Shown in pieces: positions 55,845 through 64,000 of a stretch of DNA of 64,000 bases (the first letter of the stretch is position 1; the number at the start of each line of letters is the position of its first letter). A model generated the notes under the pieces. The model made no database searches. It was not told the origin of the DNA and saw only the letters and a program-made list of their open reading frames with translations. The stretch covers positions 13,877 to 77,876 of the forward strand of contig JANNKU010000114.1 in NCBI GenBank assembly GCA_031396445.1. Direction: 5' to 3'. Made by a program: the position numbers and the translations under genes. The DNA is from Deltaproteobacteria bacterium (lineage in GTDB: Bacteria; Myxococcota_A; UBA9160; PR03).

Positions 55845-55861
55845 GACCAACCCCGCACCCG

Positions 55862-56536
55862 CTACTCAGGCTTCTCCCTCTGCCGCACATCAGCCTCGAA
55901 GCAAGCCGTCGCCTCCCGCAGCGCGATCTCCGCATCGACACCGTGCGCCGACGCATCGACCGCGAGCGCCAACAGCAGCGCCCCGAGCGACTCCGCCGAC
56001 CGCGCCGCCCGAAACGCATCCCAAGCCGAATCGAGCGACACCGCAGGCACGTCGAGCTCCGCCCGCGAAGCGCGACGCACCAGCTTCTGCGCGCGCAACA
56101 ACGCCGGCAGCCCCAGCGCGACACCGTCGAGCGCACTCGGCCGCACGCCATCGGCGCGCTTCTCCGCACGCTCCTGCGCCTTCAACTCCTCCCAGAGCAG
56201 CGTCTGCTCCTCGGCCGTCTTCACGTCCGCATCGCCGAACACATGCGGATGCCGGCGCACCAACTTCTCGACCAGCATCGCCGCCACCGCCTCGAAATCG
56301 AAGAGCCCCGCTTCGCGCGCCATCTGCGCGTGGAACACCACCTGCAGCAGCAGATCGCCGAGTTCCTCGCGCAGCCCGTCCATGTCGCCGCGGCGGATCG
56401 CGTCGTCCACCTCGTAGGCCTCTTCGATCGTATGGGGCGCGATCGTCGCGAAGGTCTGCTCGACGTCCCACGGACAGCCCTCGTCGGGGCTGCGCAATCG
56501 CGCCATGATCGCCAGCAATCGCTCGATCGTTTGCAT
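55862..56536 (-). CDS. mazG: Nucleoside triphosphate pyrophosphohydrolase MazG
   Basis: 224 aa, with CPWDVEQTFATIAPHTIEEAYEV and EELGDLLLQVVFHAQ. Confidence 0.9.
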   Translation of the reverse strand: MQTIERLLAIMARLRSPDEGCPWDVEQTFATIAPHTIEEAYEVDDAIRRGDMDGLREELGDLLLQVVFHAQMAREAGLFDFEAVAAMLVEKLVRRHPHVFGDADVKTAEEQTLLWEELKAQERAEKRADGVRPSALDGVALGLPALLRAQKLVRRASRAELDVPAVSLDSAWDAFRAARSAESLGALLLALAVDASAHGVDAEIALREATACFEADVRQREKPE

Positions 56537-56586
56537 GTCGGCGGCGAACCTAGCAGGATGGTTTTGGACATCGGTTCGGAGGTCTC

Positions 56587-58056
56587 ATGGCGCCCGCGCA
56601 ACGTCTCTCGGTTCTCGATCGCACCTTCCTCGACTTCGAGAGCGACGCCTATCCGCAGCACGTCGGCGCAACGCTGCTCTTCGAGGTCGGCCCGCTGCGC
56701 AACGCTGCGGGCGGCATCGACGCCGATCGCGTGCGCGCGCACGTCGAATCGCGACTGCATCGGATTCCGCGCTATCGCCAGCGGCTCGCGTGGATCCCGA
56801 TCGAACGCCATCCGGTGTGGATCGACGATGACCGCTTCAACATCTACTACCACGTTCGCCATGCCGCGTTGCCGAAGCCGGGCAGCGAGCGCCAGTTGAA
56901 GCGCCTCGTCGCGCGCATCATGTCGCAGCGCCTCGACTACGGGAAACCGCTCTGGGAACTCTGGGTGATCGAGGGACTCGACGGCGATCGCGGCGCGCTG
57001 ATCTCGAAGACCCATCACTGCATGATCGACGGCATCGCCGGCGTCGACCTGCTGACGATCCTGCTCTCGCCGGACCCGCACGCCGAACCCGAGAGCGCGC
57101 CGCGCTGGCTGCCCGAAGCAACGCCGTCTCCGCTCGAACTGGCCGGCTCAGAAATGTGGCGCCGTGCGACGATGCCGATCACCGCCGCGCGCGGGCTCGC
57201 CGCCGCCGCGCAGAAGCCGGCCGAGACCTACGCGCTGGTTCGCGAACAAGCGAGCGCCGTCATCGAGGCGCTCGGCGCGGGACTCGTGCCCGCCTCCAAC
57301 ACACCGCTGAACCAGGATCTCGGCCCGCATCGCCGCTTCGACTGGCTCACCTTCGATCTCGCCGACGTGCGCGAAATCAAGAAGCGGCTCGGTGGCACCG
57401 TCAACGACGTCGTGCTGGCGACCGTCGCCGGCGCGCTCGGCGACTTCCTCGAATTGCGCGGCGTCACACGATCGCGTCAGCACGCCATGGAGCTGCGCGC
57501 GATGGTGCCGGTGAGCGTGCGCCCGATCGAGCAGCGCGGCACCACCGGCAACCAGATCGCGCTCTGGGCCACGCCGCTGCCGATCGCGGAGACCGACCCG
57601 CGCCGCCGCCTCGCCGCCGTTTCCAAGACCACCGCAGGTCTGAAGACCTCGAAGCAGGCGCTCGGCGCCGAAGTGCTCGCGGCCGTCAGCGAGTGGACCG
57701 TGCCGACGCTGCTCTCACTCGCGTCGCGGATGGCGTATCGCAATCGAGCGACGAACCTGGTCGTCACCAACGTACCGGGCCCGCAAGTTCCGCTCTTCCT
57801 GCTCGGCGCCCGCGTGCTCGAGACCTACCCGATGCTGAATCTGCTGACGCGTCAAAGTCTGGGCGTTGCGCTCTTCTCGTACGCGGGGCGCCTGCACTGG
57901 GGCTTCATTGCGGACTGGGATCTGATGCCGGATCTGCACGACTTCGTCATCGCCATCGAGCGATCTTTCGGCGCCCTTTGCGAAGCGGCAGAACTGCCCC
58001 GGCCGGCGTTTCAGCCGCATCGCGACGACCCCGACGATTCCGACGATTCCGAGTGA
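56587..58056 (+). CDS. Wax ester synthase/diacylglycerol acyltransferase (WS/DGAT)
   Basis: 489 aa with the catalytic motif HHCMIDGIAG. Confidence 0.9.
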   Translation: MAPAQRLSVLDRTFLDFESDAYPQHVGATLLFEVGPLRNAAGGIDADRVRAHVESRLHRIPRYRQRLAWIPIERHPVWIDDDRFNIYYHVRHAALPKPGSERQLKRLVARIMSQRLDYGKPLWELWVIEGLDGDRGALISKTHHCMIDGIAGVDLLTILLSPDPHAEPESAPRWLPEATPSPLELAGSEMWRRATMPITAARGLAAAAQKPAETYALVREQASAVIEALGAGLVPASNTPLNQDLGPHRRFDWLTFDLADVREIKKRLGGTVNDVVLATVAGALGDFLELRGVTRSRQHAMELRAMVPVSVRPIEQRGTTGNQIALWATPLPIAETDPRRRLAAVSKTTAGLKTSKQALGAEVLAAVSEWTVPTLLSLASRMAYRNRATNLVVTNVPGPQVPLFLLGARVLETYPMLNLLTRQSLGVALFSYAGRLHWGFIADWDLMPDLHDFVIAIERSFGALCEAAELPRPAFQPHRDDPDDSDDSE

Positions 58057-58101
58057 ACAGGCGATTGCGCGGCGTATGCTGCGCCTGGGAGGTTCCGCCA
58101 C

Positions 58102-58554
58102 ATGAACCGAGCGATTCGCACGCTGACGCTTGGCACGATCGTGTCGCTCTGCGCGCTCGCGGCGAGCGCCGACTCGCCGCTGCCGAACTGGAAGAACTTC
58201 GCCGACATCGAGACGATTCAAGTCGTGACCGCCGACGACGACGAAGCGCACACGCCGCGCGACACCACCATCTGGCTCGCGGTCTACCAGGATCAGGGTT
58301 ACATCCGCACCGGCGGAACGACGTGGGGCGACAACGCCAGGCGCGATCCGAATCTCGTGATCCGCATGAACGACGCCGAATACGCGCTGCACGCGACAGC
58401 GATTCAGGAAGGCGAGTTGTACGACGCCGTCGCGCAGGCCTTCCGCGACAAGTACGGCTTCGAGGACGCCGCGATGAGCGTCATCCGCGCCATCGGCGGG
58501 ACACCGACGATCATGCGCCTCGACGGCCGTCCCGGCATCCCGATGGGCAACTGA
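58102..58554 (+). CDS. Exported DUF2255-like (split beta-barrel) protein, tentative
   Basis: 150 aa with the signal peptide ...CALAASA. It is a paralogue of 45310..45714, sharing TIWLAV..GYIRTGG..W..N..DPNLVIR...KYGF...IMRLDG. Confidence 0.5.
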   Translation: MNRAIRTLTLGTIVSLCALAASADSPLPNWKNFADIETIQVVTADDDEAHTPRDTTIWLAVYQDQGYIRTGGTTWGDNARRDPNLVIRMNDAEYALHATAIQEGELYDAVAQAFRDKYGFEDAAMSVIRAIGGTPTIMRLDGRPGIPMGN

Positions 58555-58562
58555 GCCCGCGC

Positions 58563-60065
58563 TCAGAAGAGTTCGAGATTCCTACCGCGCTTGCCGCGCT
58601 GCGGCTTTCGGTCCGGCGGCTCTGCGGCTGGTGCTTCGCGACCCGCGCGAACCGCTTCGAAGCGCCGCAACGCACGGATGCGTCGCTCTGCGTGATCGAC
58701 GATCGGGCTCGGGTAGCCGCGCGGCGGTGACGGCGCCTGCCAGGGCTTCTGCAAGAAACGCAATTCGACGTCGCGCAGCTCCGGCACGAAGCGGCGGACG
58801 TAGGCGCCCTCCGGATCGAAGCGCTCGCCCTGCGTCACCGGATGGAAGATTCGAAAGTACGGCTGCGCGTCGGTGCCGGTCGAAGCCGCCCACTGCCAGC
58901 CGCCGTTGTTGGAAGCCGGATCGCCATCGACGAGGCGCTGATAGAGAAAGCGCTCGCCGCGACGCCAATCGATGCCGAGATCCTTGGTGAGAAAGCTCGC
59001 GACGACCATGCGCGCGCGGTTGTGCATCCAACCGCTGGCTGCGAGCTGACGCATCGCTGCGTCTACGAATGGATAGCCGGTGCGTCCCGCACACCAGGCG
59101 CGAAAGCTCGCGTCGTCGTCGTCCCAGGCGAGCGCGTCGTACTCGGCCCGGTAGCAGCGCATGAGCACATGCGGGTTCTCGCTGAGAATCGCGTGATAGA
59201 ACTCGCGCCAGATCAATTCGTCGATCCACTTGCGCGCGCCGTCGCGGGCGCGCGGCTCGGCGTGCAGCACCTCGAGCGCCGCGTGCACACAGGTGCGGAC
59301 GGAGATCGCGCCGAAGCGCAGATACGGCGAGAGCCGCGAGGTGCCATCGATGTCGGGTCGATCGCGGTCGCGCAGATAATCGCGGATCGGGCCCGCGAGG
59401 AATCGGTCGAGTCGGCGCGCAGCCGCGTCTTCGCCGGCCGTCGGCAACTGCGTCGCATCGTCGACTACACCCAATGACGACGCCGTCGGCAACGCATCGC
59501 CCTGCACGGTCGCGATCGGCGGCGGCAACCGCAGCGGACCGCTCAGCGCGGGGCGCTCCGCATGCCAGCGCTCCCACCACGCGTTGCGAAACGGCGTATA
59601 GACCTGGAACGGGCCGCCGGTCTTGGTGCGCAGCTCGTGGCTCTCGAAGACGACGCGGTCCTTGTGCTCGTGCACGGTGACGCCGAACGCTGTCGCGGCA
59701 GCGCGCACAGCGGCATCGCGACGGCGTGCGAAGGGGCCGTAGTCGCGGTTCCAGTGGATGCGATCGATCCCGAGTTCGCGCAGCAGCGCGGGAATCACCT
59801 GCTCGGGCACGCCGCGCTTCACCACCAGCCGCTGCCCGCGCGCTGCGAGCACCGCGCCGAGACGCGCGAGCGAGTCGAGCAGGAAGCGCAGCCGCGGCGG
59901 CCCGAGCGCGTCTCCGCGGAGCAATCGCTCGTCGAGCACGAAGAGCAGCACCAGCTCGCGGGCGGAATCCGCCGCCGCCGCCGCGAGCGCGGTGTTGTCG
60001 CGCAGACGCAGATCACTGCGGAACCAGTGGACGGCGCGGTCGGTGCGAGAAGCGGCAGCGCTCAT
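58563..60065 (-). CDS. phr: Deoxyribodipyrimidine photolyase (class I CPD type)
   Basis: Contains AVHWFRSDLRLRDNTAL and the FAD-binding region GWMHNRARMVVASFL..DGDPASNNGGWQW. I prefer the ATG at 60065. The track start at 60083 is an alternative. Confidence 0.9.
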   Translation of the reverse strand: MSAAASRTDRAVHWFRSDLRLRDNTALAAAAADSARELVLLFVLDERLLRGDALGPPRLRFLLDSLARLGAVLAARGQRLVVKRGVPEQVIPALLRELGIDRIHWNRDYGPFARRRDAAVRAAATAFGVTVHEHKDRVVFESHELRTKTGGPFQVYTPFRNAWWERWHAERPALSGPLRLPPPIATVQGDALPTASSLGVVDDATQLPTAGEDAAARRLDRFLAGPIRDYLRDRDRPDIDGTSRLSPYLRFGAISVRTCVHAALEVLHAEPRARDGARKWIDELIWREFYHAILSENPHVLMRCYRAEYDALAWDDDDASFRAWCAGRTGYPFVDAAMRQLAASGWMHNRARMVVASFLTKDLGIDWRRGERFLYQRLVDGDPASNNGGWQWAASTGTDAQPYFRIFHPVTQGERFDPEGAYVRRFVPELRDVELRFLQKPWQAPSPPRGYPSPIVDHAERRIRALRRFEAVRAGREAPAAEPPDRKPQRGKRGRNLELF

Positions 60066-60086
60066 ATAGATGGAGCGGAGCATCCG

Positions 60087-61076
60087 ATGACGGCTCTGTC
60101 AACATATTTGCTTGACAGAGCCACCTTCGTTGGGCAGGTTCGGCGTGTGGCGAAGCCCAGCAACCCCGACGGAGAAGATCCCGCGTCCTCGAGCGAGCCC
60201 ACTTACTCGCTTGGGGCCGTAGCGCGTTTGACGGGGCTTTCGCCGCATGTGCTGCGCGCCTGGGAGCGTCGCTATGGCGCGGTGAAACCGCTGCGCACGC
60301 CGGGCGGCACGCGTCGCTATCGCGAATCCGACGTCACGCGGTTGCGAATGCTCCGCAGCGCCGTGCAGGCCGGGCACTCGATCTCCGAGGTCGCGAACGC
60401 GACGGAGGGAGAGGTCGCGCGGCGCCTCGAACTGGCGCCCGATCTCCCGACGCCGCCCCTCGATCCCATTCTCGCTGCAATCGAAGCGATCGATGCGCCG
60501 ACCACCGAGCGCTTGCTCAGCGCGCAGCTCGCAGTGCTCGGACCGCTGCGCTTCGTGCGGATGGTTGCCGCGCCGCTTCTGCACACGATCGGCGAGCGCT
60601 GGGAGGCTGGCCACCTGTGCATCGCGTCCGAACACATGGCGTCCTCCATCCTGCGATCGCTCTTGGGCACTTCGCTGCGACCGACGAGCGCCGCGTTGCA
60701 GTCGCCCCCGATTCTATTTACGACACTGCCTGGTGAAGCCCACGAGCTCGGCTCGTTGATGGCTGCCGTAGCGACCGCCGATGCCGGCGGCCATCCGGTG
60801 TTCGTCGGCGGCAACCTGCCGGTTCGAGAGATCGTCGATGCCGCGGAGGCGATGGGCGCGAACGCGGTGGCCGTCGGCGTCTTCCATGTGAACGGCAGCG
60901 ATCCGACCGCGGCACTCGCGGCGCTGCGCGCGGCGCTGCCGCTCCGCGTCGAGCTCTGGGTCGGCGGCCCGGGATCGAACACGCTCGTGCTGCCGTCGCA
61001 GGTGTCACGGATCGGCGACACGCTGGAACTCGAACGCAAGGTCGCGCTGCTGCTGGAGCGCGGCGCCGCGCCATGA
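60087..61076 (+). CDS. carH: MerR-family, B12-binding photoreceptor regulator (CarH/LitR type)
   Basis: Trimmed from ORF 59562..61076. It has the MerR HTH YSLGAVARLTGLSPHVLRAWERRYG, the Wx9EH motif (RWEAGHLCIASEH), and the ExHxxG lower-ligand motif (GEAHELG). The true start is probably the GTG at 60147, downstream of the operator. Confidence 0.85.
   Translation: MTALSTYLLDRATFVGQVRRVAKPSNPDGEDPASSSEPTYSLGAVARLTGLSPHVLRAWERRYGAVKPLRTPGGTRRYRESDVTRLRMLRSAVQAGHSISEVANATEGEVARRLELAPDLPTPPLDPILAAIEAIDAPTTERLLSAQLAVLGPLRFVRMVAAPLLHTIGERWEAGHLCIASEHMASSILRSLLGTSLRPTSAALQSPPILFTTLPGEAHELGSLMAAVATADAGGHPVFVGGNLPVREIVDAAEAMGANAVAVGVFHVNGSDPTAALAALRAALPLRVELWVGGPGSNTLVLPSQVSRIGDTLELERKVALLLERGAAP
60092..60122. 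promoter_or_regulatory. Candidate CarH/LitR-type operator: perfect inverted repeat GGCTCTGTCAA-N9-TTGACAGAGCC
   Basis: The 11-bp arms are perfectly complementary around the AT-rich spacer CATATTTGC. Each arm contains a consensus -35 hexamer TTGACA, one facing each divergent gene. Confidence 0.55.
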
Positions 61077-62101
61077 TGCAGCGCGCGCACACCGACGAAA
61101 CGGCGCGCGCGCGCTGGACTCGGCGCGCGATCACGATCCCTGGCTACACGATCGGCGCCATCATCGCGCTCGCAACGCTGCCGCTTTCGCTCCCGCTGGT
61201 GCTCGCGCACGACGCGCTACGCGGCAATCGCTGGAGCGGTGTGCGCTCTCTTCTCGCACTCACGCACTATCTCGTCGGCGAGGCGCTCGGCATCGCGATG
61301 AGTGGCGTGCTGTGGATCGGCGCGCTCTTCGCGCCTTCGCGCGCCACCGCGTGGAACTTCCGGCTGCAATGCTGGTGGGCGAGCTGGCTCTTCGGCGGAA
61401 CGCGTCGGCTCTACGGCTTGCAAGTGCGCGTCCGCGGCGAGGAGGCTGTGGCCGCCGGCCCCCTCCTGCTGTTGATGCGCCACGCCAGCGTGATCGACAC
61501 GCTGCTGCCCGCGGTGGTGATCTCGAGCCGCACCGGCTTGCAGCTCCGCTACGTGATGAAGCGCGAGCTGCTCTGGGATCCCAGCCTCGACATCGTCGGC
61601 CAACGTATGCGCAACGCTTTCGTGCGACGCGGCCAGAGTGGCAGCGCTGCCGAGATCGAGCGCGTGCGCGAACTCGCGCGCGACATCGGTCCGCATGAAG
61701 GCGTGCTGCTCTTCCCTGAAGGCACGCGTTTCACGCCGCTGCGGCGGCAGCAAGTGCTCGCGCGCCTCGCGGAGTCCGCCGAACCGAAACACGTCGAGCG
61801 GGGCCGCGCGCTGCAACACGTCCTGCCGCCCCGACTCGGCGGCGTGCTCGCGCTGCTCGAGGAAGCGCCCGGCGTCGATGTCGCATTCTGCGTCCACACC
61901 GGCTTCGAGAGCCTGCGCACGCTGAACGATCTCTGGAACGGCGAACTGGTGGACCGCGTGATCGAGGTCGAGTTCTGGCGCGTTCCCGCCGCGATGATCC
62001 CGATCGAGCGCGCCGCCCGCGTCGAGTGGCTCTTCGACCAATGGACGCGCGTCGATGCCTGGCTCGAAGCGCGCACGACCGGCGCTTCGACGCCGTCATG
62101 A
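61073..62101 (+). CDS. Lysophospholipid (PlsC-type) acyltransferase with N-terminal TM segments
   Basis: 342 aa with the HX4D motif (MRHASVIDT) and FPEGTR. It forms an ATGA overlap with the regulator gene. Confidence 0.8.
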   Translation: MMQRAHTDETARARWTRRAITIPGYTIGAIIALATLPLSLPLVLAHDALRGNRWSGVRSLLALTHYLVGEALGIAMSGVLWIGALFAPSRATAWNFRLQCWWASWLFGGTRRLYGLQVRVRGEEAVAAGPLLLLMRHASVIDTLLPAVVISSRTGLQLRYVMKRELLWDPSLDIVGQRMRNAFVRRGQSGSAAEIERVRELARDIGPHEGVLLFPEGTRFTPLRRQQVLARLAESAEPKHVERGRALQHVLPPRLGGVLALLEEAPGVDVAFCVHTGFESLRTLNDLWNGELVDRVIEVEFWRVPAAMIPIERAARVEWLFDQWTRVDAWLEARTTGASTPS

Positions 62102-62583
62102 AGCTCCATCGCCTCGAGCGCGAGCAATGGCTGCCGGCGTCGATGGAGCGCGTCTTCGACTTCTTCGCGGACGCGGCGAACCTCGAGACGCTGACACCGC
62201 CGTGGCTCGGCTTTCGCATCCTCTCGCCGCTTCCGATCGCGATGCACAGCGATGCGCGCATCGAGTACCGCATCGCACTCGCCGGCGTGCCGCTGCGCTG
62301 GCGTACCCGCATCGCGAGCTGGGAGCCCGGCGTGCGCTTCTCCGACGAGCAGGAGCGCGGGCCGTACGCACTTTGGGAACACACCCATCATTTCGATCGC
62401 TGCGGCGACGGGATCCTGATGCGCGACGTCGTGCGCTACGCGCTGCCGCTCGGCGTGCTCGGTCGCGTGGCGCACGCGGTCGCCGTACACGGCGCTCTCG
62501 CCGCGATCTTCGACTATCGCTTTGCGCGCATTCGCGAACTCTTCCCGATGGCGCCGCCCGCCGAGTCGGTGCACGCCGCATGA
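62098..62583 (+). CDS. SRPBCC (cyclase/dehydrase-fold) family protein
   Basis: Trimmed to ATG 62098 (ATGA overlap), 161 aa. Starts [36 protein letters not shown]. Confidence 0.7.
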   Translation: MKLHRLEREQWLPASMERVFDFFADAANLETLTPPWLGFRILSPLPIAMHSDARIEYRIALAGVPLRWRTRIASWEPGVRFSDEQERGPYALWEHTHHFDRCGDGILMRDVVRYALPLGVLGRVAHAVAVHGALAAIFDYRFARIRELFPMAPPAESVHAA

Positions 62584-63371
62584 GCGTCGCCGGCGCGCTC
62601 GCGACCACCTTCGGCTGCGGCGTCGCGGTGATGTTCGCGCTCTGGCTGCTGAGCCTCGCGCGCCGCGACGTCAGCATCGTCGACATCTGGTGGGGACCCG
62701 GCTTTGCCTGGCTCACCGCCGTGGCGTTCTCGCTCGCCGCCGCGCCGAACCTCCGCAGTGCGCTGCTGCTCGCATTGGTGGCGATCTGGGGCCTGCGACT
62801 CGGCGGCCATCTGCTGCGGCGCAACTGGGGAGCTGGCGAAGACGCGCGCTACGCACGCATGCGTCGTCACCATGGCGAGCGCTTCCGCTGGATCAGCCTC
62901 GCCACCGTGTTCGGCCTGCAGGCGGTGCTGCAATGGTTCGTGTCGCTGCCGCTGCTCCTCGCGCAGCTCGTGCCGGGCGCGCGGCCACTCGGTGTGCTCG
63001 ATGCGTTCGGCGTCGCGCTCTTCGCGACAGGCCTCTTCTTCGAGACGGTCGGCGACGCGCAGCTCGCGCGCTTCAAGGCGGATCCGACCAGTGCCGGTCG
63101 CGTGATGGATCGCGGCCTTTGGCGCTACACGCGCCATCCCAACTACTTCGGCGACTGCGTCGTCTGGTGGGGACTATTCGCCATTGCCGCCGGAACACCG
63201 GCGGGACCCTGGACGATCGCGAGTCCGTTGCTGATGACGTTCCTGCTGCTGCGCGTCTCGGGCGTCGCGCTGCTCGAACGTTCGCTGGTCCGCACGCGCC
63301 CCGCCTATCGCGAATACATCGCGCGCACCTCCGCATTCTTTCCGCGCCCGCCACTGTCGAGGACACCATGA
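62580..63371 (+). CDS. DUF1295 (steroid 5-alpha-reductase-like) membrane protein
   Basis: Trimmed to ATG 62580 (ATGA overlap). Contains [20 protein letters not shown]. Confidence 0.8.
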   Translation: MSVAGALATTFGCGVAVMFALWLLSLARRDVSIVDIWWGPGFAWLTAVAFSLAAAPNLRSALLLALVAIWGLRLGGHLLRRNWGAGEDARYARMRRHHGERFRWISLATVFGLQAVLQWFVSLPLLLAQLVPGARPLGVLDAFGVALFATGLFFETVGDAQLARFKADPTSAGRVMDRGLWRYTRHPNYFGDCVVWWGLFAIAAGTPAGPWTIASPLLMTFLLLRVSGVALLERSLVRTRPAYREYIARTSAFFPRPPLSRTP

Positions 63372-63811
63372 AGCCCGAGATCACGTTTCTGCACGATGGC
63401 GATTGTCCGCTCTGCGCGCGCGAGGTGGCGATGCTGCACCGTCTCGATCGCGGCCGCGGACGACTCGCGTTCGATGACATCGCCGCACCCGCGTTCGACG
63501 CCGCTCGCTACGGCAGCACGCACGAACAATTGATGGCGCGCATCCACGGCGTGCTGCCGGACGGAACCTTGGTGGAGGGCGTCGAAGTGTTCCGCCGCGC
63601 GTACGCGGCCGTGGGTCTCGGCTGGCTCGTTGCGCCGACGCGCTGGCCGCTCGTGCGTCCGCTCGTGGACGCCGCCTACCGCTGGTTCGCGCGCAATCGG
63701 CTGCGCCTCACCGGACGCGGCGAAGTCTGCGCTGGCGATCGCTGCACGGTGCCCATGATCAACGCGAGCGAGGCACCGCGATCGCACGAGTCCGCCGCGC
63801 ACCCCCGCTAG
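63368..63811 (+). CDS. DCC-family thiol-disulfide oxidoreductase (DUF393)
   Basis: Trimmed to ATG 63368 (ATGA overlap). The N-terminus carries [14 protein letters not shown]. Confidence 0.8.
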   Translation: MKPEITFLHDGDCPLCAREVAMLHRLDRGRGRLAFDDIAAPAFDAARYGSTHEQLMARIHGVLPDGTLVEGVEVFRRAYAAVGLGWLVAPTRWPLVRPLVDAAYRWFARNRLRLTGRGEVCAGDRCTVPMINASEAPRSHESAAHPR

Positions 63812-63842
63812 CAGAGGCCGCGACTCCGCTTACAATGCGCGC

Positions 63843-64000
63843 GTGCTTCCGTACGCACTCGTCACGATCGTCGCCACCGCCGCGCTGCTCTTCGCCGAAT
63901 CGCGCGACTCGCGACTCGGTGTGTGGATCGCGAAACCGATCGCCGCGGCGGGGTTCATCGGCGCAGCGCTCGCAAACGGAGCGCTCGATTCTGCGTATGG
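63843..64000 (+). CDS. YhhN/lysoplasmalogenase-like membrane protein, N-terminal fragment (runs off the right edge)
   Basis: My own translation from GTG 63843 gives VLPYALVTIVATAALLFAESRDSRLGVWIAKPIAAAGFIGAALANG. The W-x-x-KP pattern after the first TM helix resembles YhhN proteins. Only about 52 codons are visible. Confidence 0.35.
   Translation, partial: MLPYALVTIVATAALLFAESRDSRLGVWIAKPIAAAGFIGAALANGALDSAY

Overview
High-G+C, very gene-dense chromosomal segment with about 70 protein-coding genes. I recognised no rRNA, tRNA, transposase, integrase, phage or cas genes. The host is a diderm (Gram-negative-type) bacterium. Housekeeping content: comEC, uvrC-uvrB, cysS, ispD-ispF, a TolC-like outer-membrane protein, bactofilin, yajC-secD-secF, a SpoIID-like protein, metK, the block lptC-lptA-lptB-rpoN-ptsN-hprK-rapZ-EIIA(Man)-HPr, mazG and photolyase. 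Between these sit many redox and lipid enzymes: a FadE2-like ACAD with an APH-fold kinase, an AurF-like diiron oxygenase, four SDRs, two LLM/F420-type oxidoreductases, a DUF385 deazaflavin reductase, a P450, an amidase, aminotransferases, a thiolase/DUF35 pair, a WS/DGAT and a PlsC-like acyltransferase. F420-type enzymes alongside RpoN, bactofilin and LPS transport fit a deltaproteobacteria-like, Myxococcota-like or Binatota-like lineage, but that is inference only. Most of the window is ordinary core genome. Five things deserve a second look. (1) A CarH-type AdoB12 photoreceptor regulator with a perfect 11-bp inverted-repeat operator, divergent from photolyase and heading an ATGA-chained lipid-remodelling operon. 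(2) A family of intergenic repeats at four loci, including three hairpin copies with fully compensatory stem changes and a ~370-bp tandem array. (3) A 974-aa secreted beta-propeller/haem-c/IPT fusion translationally coupled to a cytoplasmic P450. (4) comEC, whose N-terminal TM-coding region has no canonical start codon and is in frame with the upstream ORF across a single TAG. (5) A 145-nt nested inverted-repeat element downstream of mazG. I found no defence system, CRISPR array or mobile element. All family calls come from motif recognition by eye, not database searches.
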